The notes under the pieces are model-generated. The model was given only the letters and a program-made list of their open reading frames with translations, did no database searches and had not been told where the DNA came from. 64,000 bases of DNA from Rotaria socialis (lineage: Eukaryota): positions 620,001 to 684,000 of the forward strand of contig CAJNYD010000012.1 of the NCBI GenBank assembly GCA_905331295.1, given 5' to 3'. Both the position numbers and the translations under genes were made by a program. Shown here piece by piece: positions 13,962 to 27,115 of the stretch. Each line of letters starts with the position of its first letter. Positions within the stretch are counted from its first letter, which is position 1.

Positions 13962-15445
13962 TGTAGGAATTTCTATGTCAATGATAACGGTATGTACGGG
14001 CAATAAAATACTTCTTATTTATATATAAAATCTATTTTGTAATTAGGCAAATACGCGAATATTCTTATCTGAGTATTGTATCAAATATTATTGACTTATT
14101 TGATCGTTTTCTTTCAAGCTGGTCCGCATAGTAGAAAATAAAGCTAATCCTTCTCTAATACATTAGTGGTATCATGCCATATGACTACAGACAAACCAGA
14201 GTGCATCGGCCATTGTAATATTATCTGGTATATTTTTGTTGTTTCTATCATTATAGTGCATTTATTTCACTCAAACTTTGCCAAGTATAGATAAAGCAAA
14301 AATTGCAAGTCATCGAGCGACTGCAAATTCAGAGAAAATTTTATATATTCTGATGGTTTATCAATCTATGCAGTCTTGCTTTTAAGTTTTTTTCGATACC
14401 GAAATTCATGGCAGCATAGAGCAGATTTTGACCGAAAGAAAGTTTTTACTCGTAAATCGATGCTTCAGAACAAAATTGGAGATTCTGCTGATCAAATTTT
14501 TGAAAAAAGAATATCTTTCTTTAACTTTAAAGGTGCGTGCTGGAGATTAATAGCCAATGCAATGTAATTTTAAATGGTTGTTCAACGAAGTGCATTTTTC
14601 ACTGTAACAAATATATTCAGACTACTTTCAAACATTGGTTTGGTTCGAACACTTTTTATCAACTTTTCCAGCAATCCAATTGAAAACTTATTTTGCTCAA
14701 ATGAGTCTTGCCCGTCTTTGTGAAGTTATTCAGTGCTCGCAATCGAAACAGAATAAACAACATATCTATATGAAACAGTTCGAAAATATCACGTTCTGAT
14801 ATTTGCTTAGATTAACTCGATAGAAATAATCGAATATTTCATTGCTTTTGATTGGTAAACTCTTCATATATATGATGTACTAACGTAAGATATATTCCCA
14901 ATGAACGGATTTATATGTTTAGTTTCGATTTTTTTACAGATGGCGTGAACGTCGTACAAGAGAAATTTCGCTCTTAGTGTTCATATCTAATTTGATTTTC
15001 AGATGACCTATGCAACCTGAAAATGATGAAAAATCGGCAGCAATTCACGAGATATTTCTTATCAAAAAACACAGTGTCAAAACATTGAATTCCATCGAGG
15101 CGAAACACATATGCTTCCACAGTAGATATATGGATCGATCAGGTTTCTTCGTTGTTCAATCATCTGCAAGCAAAACTAAAGATCACGAGATTGATCTTGT
15201 TGACTGTTCGATAGATTTAGATTCACTTTAGAAACTGCATCTTCTAGAAAACTTATTTTCGCTATTGATTTTGTTTTGTGTAATGTGTTTCTCTGATTGT
15301 AATCAGCATATCATTTGCATGCTCGATCGTTGCGAACGAATCAAATAGAATCCTTTGATGCTCACTCCATTTTTTTTCTGTAATCAGAAGAGTTTTATTT
15401 AAATGATCCAATAAAAACAAAAACTCGAACAATGCAGCTTTTGTT

Positions 15446-16088
15446 TTGTTATTTACAATACGATTGTTGAATTTTTTGTTCTACTTTTCAAGACATAGAA
15501 ATAATTTCATCCAATTGAATATTGCAATATCTAACTTGTCTCGTACAAAAGCTACCCAAAATAAAAAAAAAAATGATTGAAAGGTGGAGAACATAGTCTG
15601 CTATTGTTCGATATTGCCAAGGTTTCTTTAATTCTACTTACAAATAATAACAGAGATCGATGTATTTCAATCATCTCGAAAACAAAATCGACATAAGAGA
15701 GAGAATAATTCAATCTGTTTCAGTGAACAAAAGCATAAAGTATCGGAATAAACCTAAATTCAAGTAGAATTTCATCTATGCGCGCGTCTTATATTTCCAG
15801 AAACGTCTATTGTGAAGATGCATACCAGGTACTGATAGACTCAACAACATTTTCAAATTGTTGATTAAGATTCATCTTCATTGCAGTAGATTTTAGAAAG
15901 TAAAATTTTTATTCCTCTAGATGAGACCTGAGAACAGGATTGGAAAGCGCGAACATTTGTATGTCCCGTCACGTACGCATTCATTACGGACAGTTGAACC
16001 TACCATAAGTCCTTATGCTTCATCGATGAATCCATCATATCATAGACAATGGAACTCATCATTTACAAACGTGAGCAAGTGAGTAACA
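15446..16088 (+). repeat. About 640 bp near-identical direct repeat, copy 2
   Basis: Matches 9826-10467 by direct reading. Confidence 0.92.
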
Positions 16089-17397
16089 TTGATCAGTTCT
16101 AGCTTCATCTATTAACTGATGAAATGCACGAGAATACGTGCAAGATATCGTGTTAGAATCATGGATATTTCTCCTTTCTTTTTAGAGGGATGTTTAAAGA
16201 TACTGCCGAGCCTAAGAGTAGTCCATTATTCATTGGTATCATTTCAGGCGTTGCTGCATTGTTGGCAGCAATATTTGCAATGGCTATATATGGAGCGGTT
16301 GCTTTAAGCACACCTCAATCAACAAATACGACCACTGTTATAGGTAAAGACGTTTATTTGAAACTTACATTGAAAGCGAGAAGATTCTTCAAGAGTCTTC
16401 GGGTTTATCTGTTAAATAGAAGTTGGTTTCAGTGAGAATGAAATAATCATTTAGCGTAGTTACTCATGGATCTTTCCTTCAAAAACATGATTGAATGTTT
16501 TTTTTACATACCTATATAAAACTAAAAGTTAAATTACATTCAGTCTTTAGAACATTTGACTCATATCAAGTTAACAGTAAATACGGCTGTACACTGATGT
16601 GTAGAACGGCAAATCGAATAGGATTAAAGTACGTAGTCTGCAATGAATGCAAACAAAATAGTTTTGAGGGCGTATTGATGAGGAAAAAAGTTCTGTGTCT
16701 CAGAAATCGATTTCCTGCAATTGAAAACCATTTTAAGTATTGGGCAAACTTTCATAATTTCTTAACAACTGTTGTCATTGTTTCAGATTTTCCAATTGGA
16801 GCAACTCTCATGTACGCCGGAAGTGCATCAGCACTAGCCGATCAGAATAGTCGATGGTTATTTTGTAACGGTTCTGAAGTATCACGAACAACTTACCGAA
16901 CATTATTTTCTGTGATTGGTATTACCTACGGAGTTGGTAATGGTATAGATACATTTAATTTACCTGATTTTCGTTCTCAATTTCCGTTGGGTGCCAATGA
17001 AACGAACGATACGCATCTGGCAATGGGTGGTAGCGCATCGCATACGATAACAGTAGCCGAGTTGCCTGCACATACCCATGACCAAGGTACACTACTAACG
17101 CAAACCGATGGCGCACATACACATGGATATTCAGATCCAGGCCACAGTCACACTGGAGCAACAACTGGCGTATGGATTCCTACGTATGGCTATGGAATTC
17201 CATGGACTGGCCAATGGGGCTTTACCGCGTTGTCCAATCATTTGCATGGAATTTATGCTGATGTCACTGGTATCACTATACAATCGAGTGGAAGTCATAC
17301 GCATATAATCAGTGGATCTACAGGTTCAGAAGGGCAGGGTCAACCGATAAATGCATTGCCACCCTATCAAACTGTTCATTACATAATTAGAGTATGA
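15921..17397 (+). CDS. Type II membrane protein with phage tail-collar domain and HxH tail-fibre-like C-terminus, copy B; exons 15921-16078, 16186-16343 (TM), 16787-17397
   Basis: Paralog of copy A with the same exon sizes (158 and 158 nt) and phases. TM segment is LFIGIISGVAALLAAIFAMAIYGAVAL; the collar domain begins DFPIG after the cag acceptor ending at 16786. Confidence 0.85.
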
Positions 17398-18183
17398 AAA
17401 TTGACAGATTTTTCTGACTCAACATGAGACTATCGATTGAACTATTGTCTCTTTACAAGTCTATTGTTTCGTCTTAAGAAAAACGAAGAATTTTTGTCTA
17501 CATTTCCAAGATGCTTCAGAAATGCATGTATGAACTGCAACTTTTTTTAGTATGATTCAGAGTTTTGCTGCGAGAAATGGATACTTTGCTTTCGTGTTCA
17601 TCGATTTAGGACGACTTTAAGATGGCAATGGTTAATGCATTTTCTGTAAAGTGCTGAGATAGGATATGAATAATTTTCAACATCTATCCAAACTTTTTTG
17701 AACATTTGCGATGTAAAATTTCATTAGAAAATCGATTGCTAACCGTACACCTGATGATATTGGAAACTGTGTTTCTACGAATTCGATACGTTAACATCTT
17801 GTTTAAACTTGTACCAATCTTTTTTTTTTAGAAGATATTTCCATTTATTGATTTGCTTCTTTCAATTCAGCAATAAACAATAATATGATATACAATTAAA
17901 AACAAAAAGAAAATTTAAACTGTTGAAGTCAAGTGGACGGATAATGCATCGAAACAGAAGAAAACCGGCGATGCATACAGAAATAAATCATGATTACACC
18001 TGAGACAAAACAAAGAAACATATATCTACCAATCTATCAAGGAGAAGAAGTAATTCAATGAATAAGAATCTATCGTATGAGAGAGAGAGAGAGAGAAAAA
18101 AAAAAATATATATATATATATATGTATATTACGTATTAACAAAAAACAATCGAAAAGCCAAACGAAAAAAAGTGCACAGTGAT

Positions 18184-21100
18184 TTATTTTCCTGTTTTCT
18201 TATTTTGCTGTTGTTGTGATTGTGTAGTGAATAGTTTTAAACTATGACGTACAAATTTTTTAATGCCACTATGTGATGGTGTCTGTGTTTGCTGTTGCTG
18301 ATGTTGATACTGTTGCTGGTGCTGCTGTTGTTGTTGCTGTTGCTGTTGCTGTTGCTGTTGTGGCCATGTTAATTCATCGTCATCTTCGCCATCTTCTTGC
18401 TGTTCATTAATAATCGTTCGTGCAGTAGCATAATGTATTGCTTGCTGATTGTCAGGCGTTTTTAATTTCGAACGATTATGATCGGGCAATGAATTTGTTT
18501 TCTGTTCAAATTGTTTTGCTAGCGCACGAACATTCGGCTGCTGATGTTGCCTATCGTCAGTTTCATTTTCGCATAATGTTATTGTAGCATCATCATCGTC
18601 TTCGCCAACGCCGCTATTCAACTCAGATTTTTGATCTTGTCGATCATCGTGACGATGTACAGCTGACATAATATCGTCTTCACTTCGATACATTTTCATT
18701 TTAAAATTTCTATGCGTTGGACGTTGAAATTTATGTGTGCGTGGCGATAGAACAGTGGGTGTTGCCGAATTTTGACTAGCTAATAATATGGTTGATGCTG
18801 ATTTTGGTCGGCGATCACTATCAAGTGTGATATGACAATGTGGAGCTAATGGTGCAGCTTGTTTGTGCATTGCTGGTGTCATATGAAGACATTCAGTTGA
18901 TTTTCTTAATGGCGTAAAATTATTTTCTGTAGTTTTAGATTTTGTTAGAGTTGTTGATGTAGAAGAATCATAGACCATTGTACGACGCTGTGGAGTTACT
19001 AATGACGAATTTGATGACATTGTTGAATAGATGGACGATGTTGTCGATGATGATGAACTTAATGAATCTAAGCAATCTTGAGCCATTTGAGATAGAAGAC
19101 GATCTAATTCGAATACATGCATATCGATAGTTGTATCTGGCCTAGATTTATTTTAAAAAAACAAAATAATATTTACATTCCAATGAAAATATTTTCACTT
19201 ACACTCCTTGACTTTTCATCGCTTGTGTCATTTTCTCAAAAAGTTCACGACGAATTTCTTTAATCATTGAATTACGACTTCGAGCTAGTTCAGTTTGGAT
19301 TTGTTTTTTTATTGAGATTTCGAGATTGTCCATATAATGAGCTATTCCCACTTGAATAAGAAATGAAAACGAATTATCGGATTAATTAGTATGATACAAA
19401 AACGAATTCTCATAAGCAAAATTAAGATGCATTAGTTATGTACGAAATTAAGATTTTTCAAAATTAGGAGAAAAGCTTTCCGATAGAGATAATATTTCAT
19501 AGAAGTTTATAAGAAAAATTACTGTATGACTTAGAATGACAGTTTCGGTTTCGAAAAGAATTGTCTCGCCGTATGTATTGACGTTAATTGCCGCTATAAA
19601 CTACTGAATACGAGTATTGTTTTCGAAAAATCTTATATCGTACATGTCTATGAACAAAAATAATATACCTCGATGGTGAACATCAAAAATCATCTTGCAT
19701 GTAAGTCGTAAGAGAGCAAGCATTTCAATTGTAAACAATTCTAGAATGGATGCAGCAAATAAATAATATGTACATGCAATGAACGTGTATCTATCCGTTG
19801 ACTTAACCTCATGCAATGTGTAAATATATGAATAAACGGATATTGTTTTTCTTTTCTATTAGGTAAATAGCATAGAGCAATAGATTCAATGTCGAGCAAA
19901 AATGTACGTGCACTCTTTTTTTTGTTGTTGTTTTAAACGGTATCTACCTCTCTCTTACTTGAACAATCGATGAGCTCTTTTTCAATATAGGATTGTTACC
20001 TCGCAATTTTTCAACTGTTGCCATATAATCGGATTTAATTTCATTTATTGATATATCTGTCTGAAATAGAAAAGAAACAAGATAGTTTATAGACGAGTAG
20101 GAAAAAATGTAAAATACTTGAACATATTCGGGGACACAAATTGAACGTGCTGAAGCACGTTTTTGAGCAGACAAACGTTCTTGATGAAGTTCACGTTTTA
20201 TTTCATCCATAACTATTGTATGTTGTTTAATCATCTCGGCTATTTTCTTTTGTAATGAAGAAATCGTTTGTTGATATTCACTTTCTTGTTTAGCGTGCAC
20301 TGCTCGTTCCTGATTCAGTCTATAAATAGGAATTGTTAGGACGTGTTCTGCTGACGCTCATGATCCTGGATCATATTTATTTAATAGATTCCTCCAGAAA
20401 TGCATATGGTATCTGAATCTGAGGTGGGCAAACTACTCGAAGTACTCGTGCTTGGAAATTTTATTTTCCGAATTCGAGATAAAGCATTTATCTCTTTGTA
20501 TTTTTCAACAAAGTTGGCTGCACAACAAAGCACGCCACTGATATCTTCTCTTGCCGATCGGCGCAAATATGTTTGAAAATTTGTACAACGTATAGTCGTG
20601 TAATAATCGCCATATGCCAGTCGATTTTCTTTCTTCGTTTCATATAAATATATTTAGTCGTTGCAGAGCATTAAGCCCAGGGATACCGCGACAGTGGAAG
20701 GATGGAGATCTCCCGTATTCGAAAAATTGTCTTGCATTGTGTTTCACAAAATGAAACTTATACTACACCAATCTCAAAATTCGAAAGATCTGGCAACGTT
20801 GGTTACTCCGCCTCCAACATTTTTGATAAATAGAATTTTATAAGTTACGCCCCACCCNNNNNNNNNNATTCTTCCCCCCCCCCCCCCCCCCAGTATTTGG
20901 TTGCTTGGGACACTCCTGATTAAGTGTATATTTTTACAAACTAGTTTGAAAACTTCTAGTCTCACTGATACAATAATTAGTATGGGTAATCGTACTCCCC
21001 GCTCTGTGATCATAATTTGAAAGTCAAAATTAAAATCTAGTACGTCGTCTATCAAGAATTACGACTAAAAAGTCAGATACTCCGTATCCCTTGCATAGTG

Positions 21101-24100
21101 AAATAGAAATCGTTTTCGACATACGTGTCATTCGTTTGCTCAAGCAATTTAACAAGATGATCAACACGATTTTGTAAATTTTCTTGTCTATTTCTATTAT
21201 CTTGTTCGAGAGTATATTTTTCTTTGATTTTGTTGATTTCATCAAAATGACTTATTTTTAGTTGCTCCATAGTTTGTTGTGACTCGCTCAGTTGTTGTTT
21301 TAATTGTTCACCACGTGTTTGTAAACGAGTTTGTTCATGTTGAAATTCATTGATAACATTATTATATCCATCGTCTAAATCTTTTTTCATAATTTGCATT
21401 TGTTTCTGATGTGAGTCAATAAGTTTAGCTTGACTTTGACTTAATTCAATATTTTCACGATATAGTCGATCGATTTCTGCTCTATACATTTTTTTCACTT
21501 CTTCAATATCTTGTACTAAAGTATTCGATTGATTATTAGGCATGAGAGTTTTTTGTTTTTCGAAATCATTTGTTAATTGTTGCCGTAGTTGATTCATGTC
21601 GTGTTGATATTGTTTATGATCGCGTTCATAACGACGATTATATTCCTGTTCAAGACTGATTTTTATTTTTTCGATTTCTTGTTCTAAATGAGAATCAGCT
21701 AAATTAAGTGCCCGATTGGCTTCTTGTAAACGTTGTTCATATTGAGTTTTTTCTGTTTCGAGTGCCGCTAATTTTTCACATGTGATTTCTTTTTCCTATG
21801 GGGAAACAAATTATACAAAACGGTTATAGATTTTCTTTACAAAGTACTGAAGGGTATAAGTAAGACGCGAAAGAGCTGACAATGTTTCGGCTCGTTCTAT
21901 GGCAAACATCGTTCACCAGAGTAGTAAACCCCTTACCTGTATATCTTTTGATCTTGTTTGATTTAATTCTAAAACTTGTTGTTCATACTGTTGAACTTGT
22001 TTTTGTAAATTATTTATTGTTGGCTCATTTTGTGATGAACGTTCTTTGAAGAGTTGAAAAGATTTTTCTAATGCATCGAATTGTATTTTCAACTGATTGA
22101 ATTCATTTTCTTTGTTTGTTAACATTTCCCGCGTTAATCTCAAATCCATTTTATTTGTATCACGTTGCTGAGTTATTTTTTGTAAATTACTTTCTAATTT
22201 CAAACGATATTCTTCATATTGACTAACAGCATTTTCATAATTGTTTATACGAGTTTGTAAAGCTTCAACAGTTTGTTTTAAATCTATTTGAACGTCATCT
22301 GTTTGCCTGGTGGAATGATTTAATTCATCTTTTTGTTTTTCTATTAGTTCATTCAATAGGACGATTTCATTCGATAATTGCTCTTCAGTTTTTTCGTAGG
22401 TCTCTTGCAATTGATTTTTTTCCCGATCCAGTTTTTCTATTGTTTGTAGAAAATTTTGATTTTCATCTTCTAGTGTTTTACAATTAACTAGCAATTCTTT
22501 TTGTTTTAAATTCAAATCCGAATAATCATGTTTCAGTTGTTCGAATTCTTTTTCAACGTAAACTAAACGACTGTGTGCATCATCTAAATGAAATTATTAA
22601 TAAAAAAAATTGTTTGTTTTACAAAAAAATCATGTTATTCAACTTCCAGCCTATATTACAGTATGTTTTATCGTATGCTTAGTTGATGTGGAACATTAAT
22701 TTACCGAGAATGCTGTGTTCAAGCGGAAACCCAACTTTTTTTGAATTGTTGACTAGGATTTTTCGCTATCTCTGTTGTCACGTTCTACATATCGTGTCTT
22801 GATTTATATGGTTTCAACTGAATAGCAAGCGTTGCTATTGTTAGAAACGAGACACCCTGATATGAATAATGAACAAATAGAACGTTTGTATCGAATTTCG
22901 AGGGTTTCATCAAATTTATATGTGATAGTCAAAAATTGAGTAGTATCGATTTGAATACTGTTGAAAGGCTACTGTTTCAAATAAACATCTCCTAGCATGA
23001 CGTTTAGTTTTTCGAGGTTTTCAATGCAGTATCGTGTAAGAAAAATTGATTCTATAAACTTACCATTGGCTTTAAGTCGATCAAGTTCAATATTTAATTC
23101 ATTAATCAGTTTTTCGTGATTGATTTTCATTCGTTCAATATCTTGATGGAATCCTTTTGCTTGTTGTTCTAAATCTTCACTATATTTTGCTTTGAGCATT
23201 TCAGCGTCTTGTTCAACATTGTTTTTAAAAGATAAATTTTTATCGTTATATTCTTTATCAAGTGTTCGACGTAAATCATCTAACTTGACTTTTATTTCAT
23301 GTTCGAATTTCGCTCGAAGATTATCTTCAATGAGATTTTTCTCGTGGCAAACATCTTAATGAAACAAAACAAAAATCAGAATTTGAAACTGCGATTTTTT
23401 TATTCTCTAAATATCAATACGGGGATTCTGCAGTCGAACTGTATCGAGCGATCGGCAATTCATTAATGTTCATCCGCGTACATATCAGAGTACTTTTAGT
23501 TCGTCTCTCTCAGGGGAAAAAGCCCGCATTAATTTCATACCGATATAAAGTTGTTTTGTTTTATCTAAATCAACAATATCTTCACGCAATTGTTCGATAA
23601 TTGTTTGCAGTTCATGTTTGTCATAGTCAGATTTTTCTTGTTGGTTGGCATAATCTTTTTTGAGTTTTTCAATTTCAGTTGTTAGACTATGTATTTGTTC
23701 CATATGAATACTGTTCGTAATAATTGTCTCATCGGAGCTAATCGTGTCTTTGTGTGACAGTTCATGAATTTGACGTTGCAATTCTTCATTGATTTGAATA
23801 AGATTTCTTTCGTTCGATGCAAATTCATCAATACGTTCTTTTAAATTATGATTTTCGTTCAGTAAAGATTCATTTGGATCATCGAGACTCGTTGAATTGT
23901 GTGGCACAACTTGACGGTTCATACTAAATCGAAAATTATTAGAGAAAATACTTGTCTTTTTATTCTATCAAACCTTGATAATTCATTAACAGAAATACTT
24001 GATATACCAAACAAATCCTTATTAACTTCATGTTCTGATACTCCAAGACGTTCGCGTAATGTTCGAATTTCAGCCTAGATTAAATTGGAAAAAAAGTAGA

Positions 24101-25984
24101 AAAATTACCAATTCGAAGTAAAAATTAGAGAATGTCATAAGCATCGAGTTACCGATTGCGCCACTTAAAACTAAAATTTTCAGGATTTTACTTTTAATTA
24201 ACTGAATGCAACCTACCCATGTAGTCATCATCATCATGATAGCACTATATTATCATCACTGCTCTTCTTTGTTTTTCGTTCGTTTTGTTATCTTACATAT
24301 TAAAGAAAAAGCAGATAAAGAAAAGGTAACTACAAGTTTGCGGTTATTTTTCACGAAAATCAAAAGAAGTTGGTAAATTTATTTTCATAGATAATCAGGT
24401 ATGGCGTTCGTAGAATGCTAAGAAGTTTTGAATTACCTGTAATTCTTGGCAAGTATTTTCGATTTTTTCTCTATCTTCAGTCATACGATTTAATTGTCGT
24501 TTTGTTTCTGTTTGATTAAATGTATCCATTGATTTCGTAGTTAACAAATCAGTATATTGTCGTTGACAATCATGCAATTGTTGATTTAAATGACTGATTG
24601 TTTCCATTCTTTCGAAGATGACCTAGAATTATAAAACAAAATCTACGTATTCAATTCGTTTGTTTAATTATTACTTTTTCATTATTTTTACAAGCAGTTT
24701 CTAATTGAATACGAAATTCATCAACTTCAATCGTCTAAATATTCGCGAGAAAAAAATCTTGTTTTCAATGAATAATTGTTTTCTTAATTCAAACCTTTTC
24801 TTGTAAATTCATTTGTGTAATTTGCAATTTTTCATTCATATTTATCATTTCTTGCTCGTGTTTTTCACGTGTACTTGCTAAAATCATTTCACAATCTTGT
24901 TGAGTACGCGCAATAGATTCGAATCTTTGTAGTTCATTAACTTTTCTATGCAGTGAATCGATTAATGATTCTGCATCATCTAATTTCTTTTCGAGCTATA
25001 CAAGAAAAAAACATTTCATTTTTATTTTTTTTACCGAAAATTGATTTTACTTGAGTTTTATTTCCTTCCAGTTGTTGAATTCTTAATTCTGCATCTTTCG
25101 TTGTCCGTTGTAATTGATTGTTAGTTTCAATTAACTCTTCGCATTGTCTTGTTATTGATTGATAACGTTGTTCACAATCATATTTAGCTCCTGGTAAAAC
25201 AACAAAAATAGATCATTTAAAAACGCCCAATGCGGCATTCTATGTTTACTTTCGCTTAATTCAATTTTATGTTTAAGAACACGTAGATCACTAGTATATT
25301 TTTCATGATATTCGGTACAACGATTTTCCAGTTCAGTAATTTTTCGTTCTTTCACATTGCATAAAATACGAAATTTATTCAATTGATTCTGCAGATCAGA
25401 TGAGTTGCTGGACGAAGTTTGATACATAAATTGTGCTTGCATAGGATCGATTAAATCGATTGTTGGCAAAGAATCAAAGTATTGAATACCTGTCGATACT
25501 GAGTTATTATTATTATTATTATTATTCGTTTGACGATTAGGATTTTGATAATGAACTAGAGCAGAATTTTTTGAGCTAAATTGAATTTCTTGTTCAGTAT
25601 TATTATGTTCATCGAATTGCTGATATCGTGGATATGTATATTGATTATGATCATCAAACTAGGCGAAAGAGATGAGACGAGATAAAAAAAAAAGAACAAA
25701 GGTAGATGCTGAAACATACTCGACGAACATCTGTTGATGCTGACGGTGGAACTAATGGCGGAGGAGTAGAGACAGCTGGAGTAGAATATAATGGCTGTTG
25801 AAATAAATGATTCCGACGATGCATTCTTAATTAATGAGAGAATATATATTTCTAAATGTTTTTATTCATTTTAGTACATATTTTAATGATTGTTAATATT
25901 TCTATTTTTTGGAATACAAATCATCTGTCTACCTCGTTTTTCTTTTTACAAACTGCAAAACTAAGGTCTTACTCATGCTGCTGC

Positions 25985-26015
<31 letters not shown>

Positions 26016-26389
26016 GAACATAATGTTCATTAGCATTATTGTTATTATTATTTGTATTTAATAGTTCGTGTTCATTATTAACTTGATGACTCGAATTAGA
26101 CGTATCTAATGATTCATTATCATCGTCGTCGTCATCGTCATCTTCTTCTTCTTCTTCATCACCATCCGAGGGCTCTTCATGTCCTTCAAAAGCAGCCATA
26201 ATTAATTCAACGATCTGTTTAAGAAAAAGACAAGACTAGGATATTTTGACATGAAAATTTTAATAAACGAACTTCATTTTGATTTGTTTGTTCATGAACA
26301 ATATCTTCATGGTCTTCTTCATCGAAATCATTTTCATTTAGACCGATTGAATCCGGTAAAAACATACTAACACCCGAATTAAATTCCAT
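18184..26389 (-). CDS. Large multi-exon coiled-coil protein, CEP152/asterless-like, with low-complexity polyQ C-terminal exon
   Basis: Many phase-compatible coiled-coil exons. The acidic N-terminus (DFDEEDHED..EIVELI), QLNKFRILCNVKERKITELE and KSDYMATVEKLR recall CEP152 segments; orthology is uncertain. Confidence 0.6.
20858..20867. other. Assembly gap (10 N) beside a poly-C run within an intron
   Basis: N run in the sequence. Confidence 0.99.
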
Positions 26390-27041
26390 CTTTAATTCTT
26401 TTTTTATGATTCAACTTCTAGCACCATTAAATCTTTTTCTTTCCTTTCTTAACCGCAATTCTTCTCATTAAATTTTCTTGTCTGACCCTGTTTCTATAGT
26501 TACCGTCAATGGATAGAGGAATGAATGCTTTTCCGGTAATTCAAAAAAAACAATAAAATTCTTTTATTTATTAAATACAATATGATATAATTTCAGATTA
26601 AAAAAAAGATGACGACATCTATATATTTGATACATGGTGGCGCTATGCAACATATATATTATCATAATCGGCTTTGTACAATATATGATAACACTATCGT
26701 AAACGGATGATGTGTTTGAGTATGTTCGAGACAATTAAGATAGTACAAAACAATTGATTCACTCGCAGTTTTAAACTTAGCAAAAATACCGTAAACTATT
26801 TAGAATGTATTTAAGAATTCGTTTTTACTGATGAGCCTATATACATGTTTATCACAATAATGGCATTTTGTTCGAACCAAGAAAAACCGTTTCAATAACA
26901 CAACGATGAGTGGCGATACGAATATAGTTGCTAATTTATATTTTCTCGCTTTATTTTTATTCTATTTCGAAATACAGAAAATGTTTTTTGTTAAAAAAAT
27001 GCTTTGTATTTCTCTTTCCTCGCATGAAAGAAAAAAAAATC

Positions 27042-27115
27042 TGGTCCCTATGAGGATCGAACTCATGACCTCCGCGTTATTAGCACGGCGCTCTAACCAG
27101 CTGAGCTAAGGGACC
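27042..27115 (-). tRNA. tRNA-Ile (anticodon AAT), identical to 8414-8487
   Basis: Same 74-nt sequence, followed by a T-run terminator on the minus strand. Confidence 0.96.

Noticed and set aside
16495..16786. N-terminal ~97 aa of the 300-aa ORF as real coding sequence
   Set aside because: It has no counterpart in copy A and lies between a GT donor (16344) and the conserved TTGTTTCAG acceptor, so it is read-through intron.
11683..17397. Prophage or bacterial contamination suggested by the tail-collar ORFs
   Set aside because: No other phage genes are present. The domains are embedded in spliceosomal gene structures and are contiguous with eukaryotic housekeeping genes.
20340..21060. Possible transposon in a CEP152-like intron
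   Set aside because: Composition is odd and there is a gap with poly-C, but I found no TIRs, TSD or transposase motif.
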